From NCBI GenBank assembly GCA_963743915.1, contig CAVURN010000003.1, forward strand, positions 192,001-256,000: a DNA stretch of 64,000 bases, read 5' to 3'. Below the pieces are notes generated by a model. That model was given only the letters and a program-made list of their open reading frames with translations, was not told where the DNA came from and did not search any database. The translations under genes were made by a program, and so were the position numbers. This DNA is from an uncultured Actinomycetota bacterium. Lineage in GTDB: Bacteria > Actinomycetota > Actinomycetes > JAHEKZ01. Position 1 is the stretch's first letter. The number at the start of each line of letters is the position of its first letter. Positions 29,879-39,111 of this stretch are shown here, in pieces.

Positions 29879-30550
29879 ATGGACGAGTCACGGGCTCTTC
29901 GGCGCGCCGCATGGGCCGGTGCCGCTTCGGTCGTGCTGCTCGGCTTCGGCGTGGGGCTGTGTGCGCTGGTCGGTGTCGACGACCCAGGGGTGTCGGACGC
30001 GGCCATCCTCGAGCGGATCGACGATGGCGCCAAGCAAACCGCCGCCGGGATCGGGTTGCCGGTGCTCGGCGTGGGGATCGCACTGCTGCTCTGGTTCGCC
30101 GTCGGACTGCGGCGGGTACTGGACCGGCTGTCCGGCGGCGACCCGCTCGCGCACGCGACCGTGCCGGCAGCGGCACTGCTCGGCGGGCTGCTGATCACAG
30201 GAGTGTCGCTCGACGTGTCGAGCGGAATCACGGCACTGTGGGACGAGTTCACCCCCGACCCGGACACCGCCCGTGTGCTCGGTACCGCCGGGGCCGTCGC
30301 CGGGCTCAGCGGACTGACCGGTGGCGCAGTGCTGGTCGCGGTGACGACCCGGATCGCCCAGCAGGCGCGCGTTCTGCCGACGTGGGCCGTCGGAGCGTCC
30401 TACACCGTCGCGGTGCTGTGTCTGACCGGCTTCTGGAGCCGTGGCATGGCGTCCGTGGCCTTCAGCGTGTGGCTCATCGGAGCGGTCATCGGGGTGCTGC
30501 GCGCGGCGCGGCGGACAGCGCCTGCCGTCGAGGAGACCGCGGTCACTTAG
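29879..30550 (+). CDS. Multi-pass membrane hypothetical protein
   Basis: About 6 hydrophobic segments; SD GGAGG upstream. Confidence 0.6.
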   Translation: MDESRALRRAAWAGAASVVLLGFGVGLCALVGVDDPGVSDAAILERIDDGAKQTAAGIGLPVLGVGIALLLWFAVGLRRVLDRLSGGDPLAHATVPAAALLGGLLITGVSLDVSSGITALWDEFTPDPDTARVLGTAGAVAGLSGLTGGAVLVAVTTRIAQQARVLPTWAVGASYTVAVLCLTGFWSRGMASVAFSVWLIGAVIGVLRAARRTAPAVEETAVT

Positions 30551-30836
30551 TCGGTGAGCACATCCCTCTCGTCATCCGTGAGCTCCCGAACCGATCGTCC
30601 AACGCGTCGTACTCGCCCCGCCTCCGCGCGAGGAACCGCGTCCAGCTCTCCTCGTCGATCCAGCGGTCGACCGTCAGGAAGGTGAGTTCGTCCACGGCGT
30701 CTCGGAACAAAGCAGTCCCGATGAACCCCGGTTCGCGCCCGAACAGCTGAGCCCAGTCCCCCTCCGCCCCGTAGGCCCGCTCGAAGGCATCGACGCACTC
30801 GGGGCGAACGCGGTACTCCCAGACTCGGACGAACAC
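30547..30836 (-). CDS. Antibiotic biosynthesis monooxygenase (ABM) family protein, probable indel near 30590
   Basis: VWEYRV...FERAYG.EGDWAQLF...GFIGTAL...FLTVDRW; likely C-terminus ELTDDERDV is in the adjacent frame. Confidence 0.65.
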
Positions 30837-30928
30837 CCCCTCATCAGACCACGCGGCCCGGTGACCGGCACGACTCGCCGAAGGCGCTCGATAGCCTGTT
30901 CGTCGCCCGTCCGCCATGGGAGGTCCCA

Positions 30929-31351
30929 GTGACGACACCCTTCACCCAGCGCCCCCAGATCACCGTCGCGACGGCATTGCGACTGGTCGAGGCTGCACTG
31001 GCACATGGCGCCGCGAGCGGTGTCCCGGTAGCCGTCGCCGTCTCGGACGCGGCAGGGAACGTCGTCGCGTCCGCCCGGATGGACGACGCGCCACTAGGGG
31101 CGACACGCCTCGCAGCGGACAAGGCATACACCTCAGCCCTCTGGCAGATGCCGTCGGGTGACCTGCATGAGTCATCCCAACCCGGGGGTGCCGACTGGGG
31201 CGTGACCTCGACCGAGGGCGGACGCATCGTCGCCTACGCCGGAGGGTTTCCGATCCTCGCTGACGGGGGTCTTGCCGGGGCGATCGGCGTCAGTGGCGGC
31301 ACCGGCGACCAGGACGCGGCCTGCGCCCAAACCGCGCTGGCTCAGCTCTAG
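30929..31351 (+). CDS. GlcG/HbpS family heme-binding protein
   Basis: VAVAVSDAAG, KAYTS, GGFPI, GAIGVSGGTGDQD. Confidence 0.9.
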   Translation: MTTPFTQRPQITVATALRLVEAALAHGAASGVPVAVAVSDAAGNVVASARMDDAPLGATRLAADKAYTSALWQMPSGDLHESSQPGGADWGVTSTEGGRIVAYAGGFPILADGGLAGAIGVSGGTGDQDAACAQTALAQL

Positions 31352-31373
31352 GCACCCGGGAGGAGCTCACCCC

Positions 31374-32177
31374 ATGAGGCTTGACGGAAAGGTGGCCATC
31401 ATCACCGGCGGTGGCAGCGGGATCGGTGCCGCGACCGCTCGCCTGTTCGCGGACGAGGGAGCGGGCGTCGTCGTGACAGGTCGCCGCCCGGAGCCACTGG
31501 CTGCGGTCGCGGAGGAGGTCGGGGGACTTGCTGTCACCGGTGACACCGGTGACCGTGCACACGTGGAGGAGGCCGTCGCTGCCACCGTGCATCACTTCGG
31601 CGGCGTCGACATCCTCGTTGCCGCTGCCGGGATCTCTCCCGCCGGTTCGGTGGGCGACATCGAGGACAACGCCTGGCGGACCACCCTCGACACCAACCTC
31701 ACAGGACCGTTGATGATGTCCCGCGCGGTGCTGCCCGCGATGCTCGAGCGCGGCGGTGGCTCCATCGTCCTGGTGTCCAGCACGGCCGGGCTGGCCGCAG
31801 CCCCGTCCTCCGTCGCCTACGACGTCTCGAAGGCGGGGGTGATTGCCCTTGCGCGTGCCATCGCCGTCGACCACGGACCGATGGGAATCAGGGCCAATGC
31901 GCTGCTGCCCGGCTGGGTCCGGACGCCCATGGCCGACAGGTCCATGGACGCGCTTGGCCTCGAGCGGGACATCACCAGGGACGAGGCCTACGCCAGAGCC
32001 ACCTCGCAGGTGCCGCTGCGACGCCCCGGGGTCGCGGAGGAGATGGCAGTGTGTTGCCTGTTCCTGGCGTCGGACGAGTCACGCTACGTGACGGGAACAA
32101 CCCTCGTCGCCGACGGCGGCGGGCTCGCGGTCGAGCTGACCTCGACCGAGTTCACCTTCGGGGGTCAGTCGACGTAG
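31374..32177 (+). CDS. SDR family oxidoreductase
   Basis: TGGGSGIG, YDVSK, PGWVRT. Confidence 0.9.
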   Translation: MRLDGKVAIITGGGSGIGAATARLFADEGAGVVVTGRRPEPLAAVAEEVGGLAVTGDTGDRAHVEEAVAATVHHFGGVDILVAAAGISPAGSVGDIEDNAWRTTLDTNLTGPLMMSRAVLPAMLERGGGSIVLVSSTAGLAAAPSSVAYDVSKAGVIALARAIAVDHGPMGIRANALLPGWVRTPMADRSMDALGLERDITRDEAYARATSQVPLRRPGVAEEMAVCCLFLASDESRYVTGTTLVADGGGLAVELTSTEFTFGGQST

Positions 32178-32823
32178 TGCGGTTCGCGACCGTGCATGCG
32201 AACTCCCACAGCCCGCTGCGGCCCGTTTGGACGACCGTGTGGCCGTGCTTGCACAACACGTCGGCCATCGCGTCCGGTGAGTGGACAAAGGTTCGGAACC
32301 GCCGGCGCCGCAGGGCGTATCCAGCGTTCTCGATCGACGTCTGGACCCGAGTCAGAAGGTTGCGGCGAGGGAAGCTGAAGACCACCATGCGTCGCGCGTG
32401 ATCTGCAGCAGCACCCAGAAGCCCCTCGAAGTCGGGATAGCAGCACACCACGCGGTGGAGGAGCACGACGTCAGCGGGCGCGACCCCCTCAGGGTCGGTC
32501 ACGATGTCTCCCAGGCGACGGCTGACCCGATCGCCCAGCTGCAGCTCCGCCAGCAGCTGCGCCGCCTCCGACTCATAGGAGCCGGACAGCTCGATGTTCG
32601 TCGCCCGAGCCGCCCCACGCCGGAGCAGCTCGGTGTGGAACCCGCCCACACCACCGCCGATCTCCAAGATGCTCGCACCGTCGATGCCGTGCCCGACGAG
32701 GAACTCGGCCATCTGCGCCGCGATGTCGTCCAACCCCGTCGAGCGCAGCTCGCTGGCCTTTCGCCGCGCGTAGCGTGCGGTGAACACCTTCTCGCAGTCG
32801 CCGGGCCCACAACAGCTCGTCAT
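32152..32823 (-). CDS. SAM-dependent methyltransferase
   Basis: LEIGGGVG, DVVLLHRVVCCYPD; N-terminal CC..C motif. Confidence 0.8.
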   Translation of the reverse strand: MTSCCGPGDCEKVFTARYARRKASELRSTGLDDIAAQMAEFLVGHGIDGASILEIGGGVGGFHTELLRRGAARATNIELSGSYESEAAQLLAELQLGDRVSRRLGDIVTDPEGVAPADVVLLHRVVCCYPDFEGLLGAAADHARRMVVFSFPRRNLLTRVQTSIENAGYALRRRRFRTFVHSPDAMADVLCKHGHTVVQTGRSGLWEFACTVANRTTSTDPRR

Positions 32824-32858
32824 GCCTCAGTATCTGCCCGCCAGGGACGTTTGGTGGA

Positions 32859-32884
32859 TGCACGGATAGTGCAGTAAAGTGCAC
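32859..32884. promoter_or_regulatory. Putative operator of the XRE regulator (three TGCA cores about one helical turn apart)
   Basis: TGCACGGATAGTGCAGTAAAGTGCAC immediately before the ATG at 32887; contains the inverted repeat TGCAC-N5-GTGCA. Confidence 0.5.
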
Positions 32885-32886
32885 TC

Positions 32887-33495
32887 ATGGACGACACCAG
32901 CGCCGCTCTCGCGACCGCCATCGGCGGCCGGATCCGGAAGGAGCGAAAGTCTCGGGGCTGGACACTGGACCATCTCGCGGAGGCGTCAGGCGTCAGCAGA
33001 CGCCTGGTCGTCAGCGTGGAGCAGGGCGAGGCGAACCCCAGCGTGGCGACACTGCTCCGCATCAGTGACGCGTTGGGGGTCGGGCTTCCCGCGCTCGTCG
33101 AGCCTCCAGAGACGAGCACGAGCCTCCGGGTCACCCGACGCGGCGAGGGCGCGGCTCTGTGGGAGTCCGCCGCGGGCGGACGGGGTGTCCTGGTCGCTGG
33201 GACTGATCCGCCGGATGTGGTCGAGCTGTGGGACTGGACCCTGGGCCCTGGGGACGAGCACGCCAGCGAGCCGCACAGTGCTGGAACCCGGGAGCTGGCG
33301 CAGGTCCGGCAGGGAAAGGTCGTCATCACGGTGGCCGACCAGATGGTGACGCTCGTCGCCGGCGATGCCGTGGCGTTCTCGGGCGACGTGGAGCACGCGT
33401 ACCGCAACGACGGCAAGCGACCGGCGCGCTTCTCGCTCACCGTCTTCGAGCCCGGTGTCGGCCAAGGCACCAGGACCGGGAGCGCTCGTGGCTGA
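32887..33495 (+). CDS. XRE-family HTH + cupin transcriptional regulator
   Basis: WTLDHLAEASGVS...EQGEANPSVATL; cupin motif GDAVAFSGDVEHAYRN. Confidence 0.9.
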   Translation: MDDTSAALATAIGGRIRKERKSRGWTLDHLAEASGVSRRLVVSVEQGEANPSVATLLRISDALGVGLPALVEPPETSTSLRVTRRGEGAALWESAAGGRGVLVAGTDPPDVVELWDWTLGPGDEHASEPHSAGTRELAQVRQGKVVITVADQMVTLVAGDAVAFSGDVEHAYRNDGKRPARFSLTVFEPGVGQGTRTGSARG

Positions 33496-34219
33496 TCGAC
33501 TCGAACAGGTCCTCGCGGGTGCCGAGGTCGACGCCGCGGTGTTCGCGCTCCGCCCGGACTACCGCGTCCTGCTGGTGGCGGTCAGCGGCCTGACGCCCGG
33601 TCCCCTCCACAGCCACGATGAGCTGGTCCGGGCGGCGGAGGCGTCCGCAGCCTCCGCGCTGCGTGATCGATCGGTCGAGGAGCTACCCCACGTCGCAGCG
33701 TGGCGTGAGGCCTACCGATCGTTCGGTGCCAAGCCGCAGCGCACGCGCAACAGCCTCGAGTCACTCCTCCGGCGAGCCGAGGCAGGACTGCCGCGGGTGA
33801 ATGCGCTCACCGACGTGTACAACGCTGTATCGGTCCTTCACCAGGTACCGGTGGGCGGTGAGGACCTCGACCGCTACGTGGGCGCGCCGCGCCTGGTGCG
33901 AGCCACTGGCGAGGAGTCCTTCGACACCACGGCGGCCGGCGTCGACGTGGTCGAGCATCCGGACAAGGGTGAGGTGGTGTGGTGCGACGACGCGGGGGCG
34001 ACCTGCCGGCGCTGGAACTGGCGCCAGGCGCGGCGCACCCAGCTGCGCGACGACACCGAAACCGCTCTGTTCATCCTCGACGCACTCGCACCGATACCCG
34101 ACGACGCGTTGAGGTTGGCCGCTGATGACCTGGTCGACCACCTGACGCGGTTCGGCACCGATGTCCGAACCGCCCGCCGCCTCATCGCGGCCGAGCCGAC
34201 GAGAGACGAAGGACGCTGA
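33488..34219 (+). CDS. Stand-alone B3/B4 (PheRS editing-like) domain protein
   Basis: AWREAYRSFGAKP, SLESLLRR, VNALTDVYNAVS, GEVVWCD, RRWNWRQ. Confidence 0.85.
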   Translation: MADRLEQVLAGAEVDAAVFALRPDYRVLLVAVSGLTPGPLHSHDELVRAAEASAASALRDRSVEELPHVAAWREAYRSFGAKPQRTRNSLESLLRRAEAGLPRVNALTDVYNAVSVLHQVPVGGEDLDRYVGAPRLVRATGEESFDTTAAGVDVVEHPDKGEVVWCDDAGATCRRWNWRQARRTQLRDDTETALFILDALAPIPDDALRLAADDLVDHLTRFGTDVRTARRLIAAEPTRDEGR

Positions 34220-34220
34220 C

Positions 34221-34877
34221 ATGTTGATCCATCCCTGGGACGCTGCCCTCGACACCGCCGAGTGGCAGAACTGGCTCGCCTCAACCGATCGCTTCGGGAC
34301 ACTCGCGGTCAACAACGTCGATCCCACCCACGCGCCGATCGTCCTGCCCACCCACTTCACGGTCGCCGGTGACGAGCTGCTCGTCCACCTGGCGCGCCCC
34401 AACCCCGTGTGGCCCCACCTCGAGGCAGCGGCCGAGGTACGGATGACCGTGATCGGTGACTACGCATACATCCCGACCTACTGGCGGGCGAAGGCGGGAG
34501 GCCCGGACGAGGACGGCGTGCCGACCAGCTACTACTCCGCGGTGCAGTTCGTGTGCCGGCCCACGATCATCGACGACCCACAGGGGAAGGTCGACATCTT
34601 GTCCACACAGCTCGGTGACTTCCAGCCGGAAGGTGGCCACGCCGCCCTCGCCACCGACTCCCCGCCGTACGGCCGGATGCTCGCCGGCATCCGCGGCGTC
34701 CGACTCGCCGTCCTGCGCGTCGACGCCAAGTTCAAGTACGACGACGCCAACCCCGTCGACCACCGGGCACGTGTGATCGGGCACCTCGAGCAGCGCGACC
34801 ACGGTCTCGACACCGGGGCCGCTGCTCAGCAGCGACGGCGACTGGCGGCGATCGGCGACTGGCGCGCTCACAAGTAG
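34221..34877 (+). CDS. PaiB-like split-barrel protein (FMN-binding negative transcriptional regulator family)
   Basis: HLARPNPVW, YAYIPTYW, VPTSYYSAVQ, KFKY. Confidence 0.8.
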   Translation: MLIHPWDAALDTAEWQNWLASTDRFGTLAVNNVDPTHAPIVLPTHFTVAGDELLVHLARPNPVWPHLEAAAEVRMTVIGDYAYIPTYWRAKAGGPDEDGVPTSYYSAVQFVCRPTIIDDPQGKVDILSTQLGDFQPEGGHAALATDSPPYGRMLAGIRGVRLAVLRVDAKFKYDDANPVDHRARVIGHLEQRDHGLDTGAAAQQRRRLAAIGDWRAHK

Positions 34878-34906
34878 GGACCTGGGACTGGCGGTCGCCG
34901 TGACAG

Positions 34907-35557
34907 CTATCCCGTGGTCAGCGGCTGGCTGAAGGCCACCACCATGCCCGCGACCACGATCACGCCGGCCATGCCCAGGAGCGAAGCCCGTGCACCGCTG
35001 ACCGTGAATCGGTCAGAGATCGCCGCGAAGAACAGCGCCGAGGCGAACAGCACGGTCGACAGGGTGTAGGTGTCGGAGTACCCGTTGGCCTCCTCCCCGG
35101 ACGCGTGAACTGCGTCCGCCTGCGCCGTCAGGGCGTCCGCCTCCTGGGCCGCGGCCAGCTCGTAGGACGAGAGCTCGAAGGGGCTGGCCGGCGCATCCTT
35201 GTTCGTCAGCGGCTCCAGAGCCATCCACTCGTCGAAGGCCGGGCGAGCCTCCTCTCGGACCCGCTCCAGATAGAAGTCCGCCAGCTCATCGTTACCCGTG
35301 GTCGCCGCCTGCAGGTATCCCTCGAGGACACTGAGGTCCGCAAGTCGTAGCGCGTAGGCTTCGTCGTTCTTCTCCGCCGCGTCGACGCGCAGCCCCGACG
35401 ACTGGGTGTAGTTGCTGGACTGGATTCCGTCCCAGAGCGAAGCCTGGTAGCTGCTCCAGGCGGTGGCGAGGGCCGCGACGGCGAGCACCAGGGTGGCGAT
35501 GATCTCGAAGCGCCGTTCACGGCGATCGGCGGATTCCCCGTGGACGTCAGGCGGCAT
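34907..35557 (-). CDS. Membrane hypothetical protein (3 TM, DUF4337-like)
   Basis: LVLAVAALATAWSSYQASLW, SPF...Y, two C-terminal TMs. Confidence 0.6.
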   Translation of the reverse strand: MPPDVHGESADRRERRFEIIATLVLAVAALATAWSSYQASLWDGIQSSNYTQSSGLRVDAAEKNDEAYALRLADLSVLEGYLQAATTGNDELADFYLERVREEARPAFDEWMALEPLTNKDAPASPFELSSYELAAAQEADALTAQADAVHASGEEANGYSDTYTLSTVLFASALFFAAISDRFTVSGARASLLGMAGVIVVAGMVVAFSQPLTTG

Positions 35558-35942
35558 CGGGGTCCGGCTGGTGGATGCCGAAGGTGTTGCCCTCGGTGTC
35601 GATGTAGTAGCCCTGCCACGCCATCCCGGTCAGCGCCATCTTGGGCAGCGCCACCTGCCCTCCGGCGTCCAGGATGCGACGCTCCGTGGCGTCGTAGTCG
35701 TCGACCTCCATCGTGCAGACGTACGCATTGGTTCCGTGGCCCAGCGCCGGTGTTGCGGCCGGACGTGGAAGGAGGCCGCCATTGATGCCCGGGACGTCCT
35801 CGGGGCCGGTGATGACGCCCCAGTACGGAGTGCCGGTGAACTGCCCGTAGTCCTCGAAGGACCATCCGAAAGCTGACGCGTAGAACGCCATCGCGCGCTC
35901 GACGTCGTCCGCCTGGATCTCGAAGTGCACGACTCGTCCCAT
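35547..35942 (-). CDS. VOC/glyoxalase family protein
   Basis: VVHFEIQADD, GINGGL, DTEGNTFGI. Confidence 0.9.
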   Translation of the reverse strand: MGRVVHFEIQADDVERAMAFYASAFGWSFEDYGQFTGTPYWGVITGPEDVPGINGGLLPRPAATPALGHGTNAYVCTMEVDDYDATERRILDAGGQVALPKMALTGMAWQGYYIDTEGNTFGIHQPDPDAA

Positions 35943-35998
35943 GTTGACCTCCTGTCTCGGTCCCCATTCTTGCCCTGGCTCCAACCGTCGTCAGGCTC

Positions 35999-36530
35999 CT
36001 AAGCAGGCACGTAGGTCAACCTGACCACGTCGTCTCCGACCGGGTCAGCACTCACCAGCCGCAGCGGTGGCGGCGGCGCCTCGAAGTAGCGCTTGCCGTG
36101 CCCAACCACCACGGGGTGCAGGTACACCCGGTACTCATCGATCAGGCCGAGCTCGGTGAGGCCTCGAGCCAGTTGCGGACCGGCAACCTCGATCTCCCCT
36201 ACCCGATCAGCCTTGAGCCGTCGGATCGCACCTTCGAGGTCACGCCTCGACAAGGGTGGCGTTTGGTCCTACGGACTCCAACGTGCTCGAGACGACCCAC
36301 TTCGGCTGACTCCGCCATGCCGTGGCGAAGGCGCGTTCGTCGTCATCCCATTCCGGGTGCTCTTCGTCCCAGTAGCGCATGACCTCATACATGCGGCGCC
36401 CGTACACACTGCCCGTCTGCGCCCGGGCTTCCTCGATGAAGTGGCGGAAGAGCGTCGGACCCGGCCCGAACTCCGTGTGATCGACGTAGCCGTCCAAGGA
36501 CTGGTTCATTCCGAACACCAACCTCGCCAT
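35999..36530 (-). CDS. Dihydrofolate reductase-like (RibD C-terminal) protein, indel near 36250
   Basis: MNQSLDGY, YGRRMYE, PKWVVSSTL, then GLIDEYRVYLHPVVVGHG in the next frame. Confidence 0.8.
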
Positions 36531-36647
36531 GGCGCGTCCTGTCTCCTCAGCCTCCGGTAGCTTCACCAGCCTGACACGAGCGCACCTTGCGAGGGAGGAT
36601 GCAAGCCGGTTGGATTCGTGGTTCACCCGGCGACGAAGGGACCCCTC

Positions 36648-37358
36648 ATGTCCACGTTCGTCATCGTTCCCGGAGCGTGGGACACGCCCTCGACCATGGA
36701 GCCGCTGCTCGAACCGTTGGGATCGGCTGGTCACGACGTGATCGTCGTGGATCTGCCGTGCGAGGTCGCTGACGCAACCTTGGACGAGTACGCGGATACC
36801 GTCCGCGCCGTGCTGCCTGCTGACCTGGCTGACGTCGTGCTGGTCGGCTACTCGTTCGGAGGCTTCACCGCGTCCAGGATCGCCCTGGAGCACCCCGAGG
36901 TGCCGTTGGTGTACGTGGCAGCGTGGATCCCGAGAGATGGTGCCTCGGTACTCGACCTCTTCGCCGGCGGCGACCCGTTCGAGGTGGGCGAGGACGCAGG
37001 GTTCGCCGCCTTCGACGGCGTGGTCCTGAGCGCCGGCCCTGGTCTGTGCGCCCTGAACATCGAACGGTACGTAGCCGCGGCCGATCCGGATGAGCGGGAC
37101 TCGGTGCGAACCTACCTGGAGCGGACGCAACGTCCACAGGGCATCACGGTGCTGCGCGAGAAGTGGCGAGGCGGTCTGCCGGCTTCACACCGCCGCACCT
37201 ACATCCTGACGACGGCCGACACGCTGGTGCCGCCAGACGCTCAACGGGTGATGTCGGCGTCCGTGGGCGCGGACGTCGTCGAGATCGACACCGATCACGG
37301 ACCCTTCCGGGAGCAGCCCGGGCGCCTCGCGGAACTCTTGATCGCCGCCTCCCACTGA
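36648..37358 (+). CDS. Alpha/beta fold hydrolase
   Basis: FVIVPGAW, GYSFGG nucleophile elbow, catalytic D/H region DTDHGPF. Confidence 0.85.
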   Translation: MSTFVIVPGAWDTPSTMEPLLEPLGSAGHDVIVVDLPCEVADATLDEYADTVRAVLPADLADVVLVGYSFGGFTASRIALEHPEVPLVYVAAWIPRDGASVLDLFAGGDPFEVGEDAGFAAFDGVVLSAGPGLCALNIERYVAAADPDERDSVRTYLERTQRPQGITVLREKWRGGLPASHRRTYILTTADTLVPPDAQRVMSASVGADVVEIDTDHGPFREQPGRLAELLIAASH

Positions 37359-37723
37359 CGGCAGCGGTACGCCCGAGGATTCGGACCCCTGCTCTTCGGA
37401 CCGCGAGAAGCAGTCCTTGCGGGTAAGTCGCCGCGGGAAGGGCTCCCGCTAGGCCTAGTTCTAACCCAACCAAAGGAACAGAAAGACACCTATCACCAGC
37501 GCTGCGACACCGTATGCGATGTAGAGCGCGCGCGCAGATGGGGCGTCATCGCCTATACGCTGCCAACCGCGAAGACTCTTGCTCGTGATCGGACCCATCC
37601 CCTGAAACACGTGCTTCCCCGTTCTTCGGTGGTGCTTCCCACCAAAGAGTAGGCGGGGGAATCCATCCGTGGGCGAGTTAGGCGGCACTGCGACAGCGGC
37701 AGGCGCGCCAGTTCCGTGGCTGA

Positions 37724-37738
37724 AACTGCTGGCGCGCC
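37724..37738. repeat. Target-site duplication (15 bp), left copy
   Basis: AACTGCTGGCGCGCC, identical to 39118-39132 and directly abutting the TGT terminus. Confidence 0.85.
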
Positions 37739-37803
37739 TGTTCGGCTTCGGTTGATGGGTGACAGTTGTGTTTCGGGTGATGGTTGACACTCCCGATGTC
37801 AGG

Positions 37804-39012
37804 TTAGTGCTCGTTCTTGCGGATGGAGGCGCGTTTCTTCCTCACCTCCCCGGTGCTGGTTCGGGTGACGGTCTTGCAGAGTTCGCTGCCGATCCAGAAC
37901 TGCAGGATGCTGTCGGTGACCAAGACGTCGCAGTTGGCTCCGGCGTGGTGTTTGCCGACCGAGACCTGTTGCCAGGCGACACTGACCACTCCGTTGGAGG
38001 TGACCCGGCGGGCTACCCAGTTGTCGCCGGTGCGGTCCGGGGTCAGCGCACCAAGGTCAGCTGAGGCCGGTGCGGCATCGGCTCGGGCCGGCCGTTGGCT
38101 ACTGGTTGCGGTGAACCGGTCAGCCGGTGTCTGCATCTGCAGCGACTGATGTGGGCGTTGGGTGTTGTAGTACTGCACCCACTCGTCCAGGGCCTGTTGG
38201 GCGACCTTCAGCGACGAGAACACCTGGCGAGTGTCGAACTCCGCCCGCAGGCTTCGGTGGAATCGTTCGATCTTGCCCGTCGTGGTGGGTGACCGCGGTT
38301 GGGTCAGCAGATGCTCGATCCCGTTCTCACGGCAGATCCGGTCGAACAGGACCTCGGTCGGTGGGTGACCGAAGCGCCCGGTGAAGACCTTGCCGTTGTC
38401 GGTCAGGATCTGCGTCGGAACCCCATATGCAGCCAGCGCATCGGCCAGTCCCTCACAGACCGGGCGGGTCCTTTCGCGCACCATCAACCGTGCGGACACG
38501 CAGAACCGGGAGTGGTCATCAACCCCGGTCAACGCCTTGGCCCGGGAGCCGTCAGCCAGCAAGAACCCGCCCACCACATCCATCTGCCACAACTCCATCG
38601 GCTGGCCCCGCTCCCACCGCTTCCATCGCCTGTCTCGACGCTGCCGACGATCCGCCTCGATCAAGCCCGCCCGCAGCAGCGCCCGATACACCCCCGACTC
38701 ACTCGGCACAGAGTCCACCCGCCGCTTTGCCAGCTCGAACACGATCCGACGTGGACCCCAGTACCGGTGCACCCGCCGCAACTCCAGAACCAGCGCCTCG
38801 ACCTCCGCCGGCATCTGATGCGGACACCACACCGGCCGATGAGACCGGTCAGCCAACCCCTCCAGACCGTCGACCTCATACCGGCTCAACCACGTGTGGA
38901 GGGTCTGCCGCGAGACCCCCAGTCCCGCCGCCACATCCTTGACCGTCCGACCCTCAGACAAGACCGCCAAGACCGCTTGATACCGCTGCTCAACCACGCT
39001 GATCTCCCTCAT
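37804..39012 (-). CDS. IS481-family DDE transposase with C-terminal beta-rich extension
   Basis: HTH (VAAGLGVSRQTLHTWLSRY), WGPRRI, WQMD, DDHSRF, TDNGKVF, PTTTGKIERFHRS, YNTQRPHQSL. Confidence 0.95.
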   Translation of the reverse strand: MREISVVEQRYQAVLAVLSEGRTVKDVAAGLGVSRQTLHTWLSRYEVDGLEGLADRSHRPVWCPHQMPAEVEALVLELRRVHRYWGPRRIVFELAKRRVDSVPSESGVYRALLRAGLIEADRRQRRDRRWKRWERGQPMELWQMDVVGGFLLADGSRAKALTGVDDHSRFCVSARLMVRERTRPVCEGLADALAAYGVPTQILTDNGKVFTGRFGHPPTEVLFDRICRENGIEHLLTQPRSPTTTGKIERFHRSLRAEFDTRQVFSSLKVAQQALDEWVQYYNTQRPHQSLQMQTPADRFTATSSQRPARADAAPASADLGALTPDRTGDNWVARRVTSNGVVSVAWQQVSVGKHHAGANCDVLVTDSILQFWIGSELCKTVTRTSTGEVRKKRASIRKNEH

Positions 39013-39021
39013 ACAAGGGAG

Positions 39022-39111
39022 TGTCAAGAATCAACCGAAACAACTGTCAAGGATCAGCCGAAACACCGTAAAGCCTCAACCGAAGCAGAAATGTCAGGTA
39101 TCAGCCGAAGT
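39022..39111. repeat. Four ~20-bp subterminal direct repeats (putative transposase binding sites)
   Basis: TGTCAAGAATCAACCGAAAC (39022), TGTCAAGGATCAGCCGAAAC (39045), CGTAAAGCCTCAACCGAAGC (39067), TGTCAGGTATCAGCCGAAGT (39092). Two inverted copies lie at the other end (37745-37794). Confidence 0.8.

Noticed and set aside
39022-39111. Short repeat array as a mini-CRISPR
   Set aside because: Gaps between repeats are only 2-5 bp, the repeats lie inside IS ends and mirror the terminal IR, and there are no cas genes.
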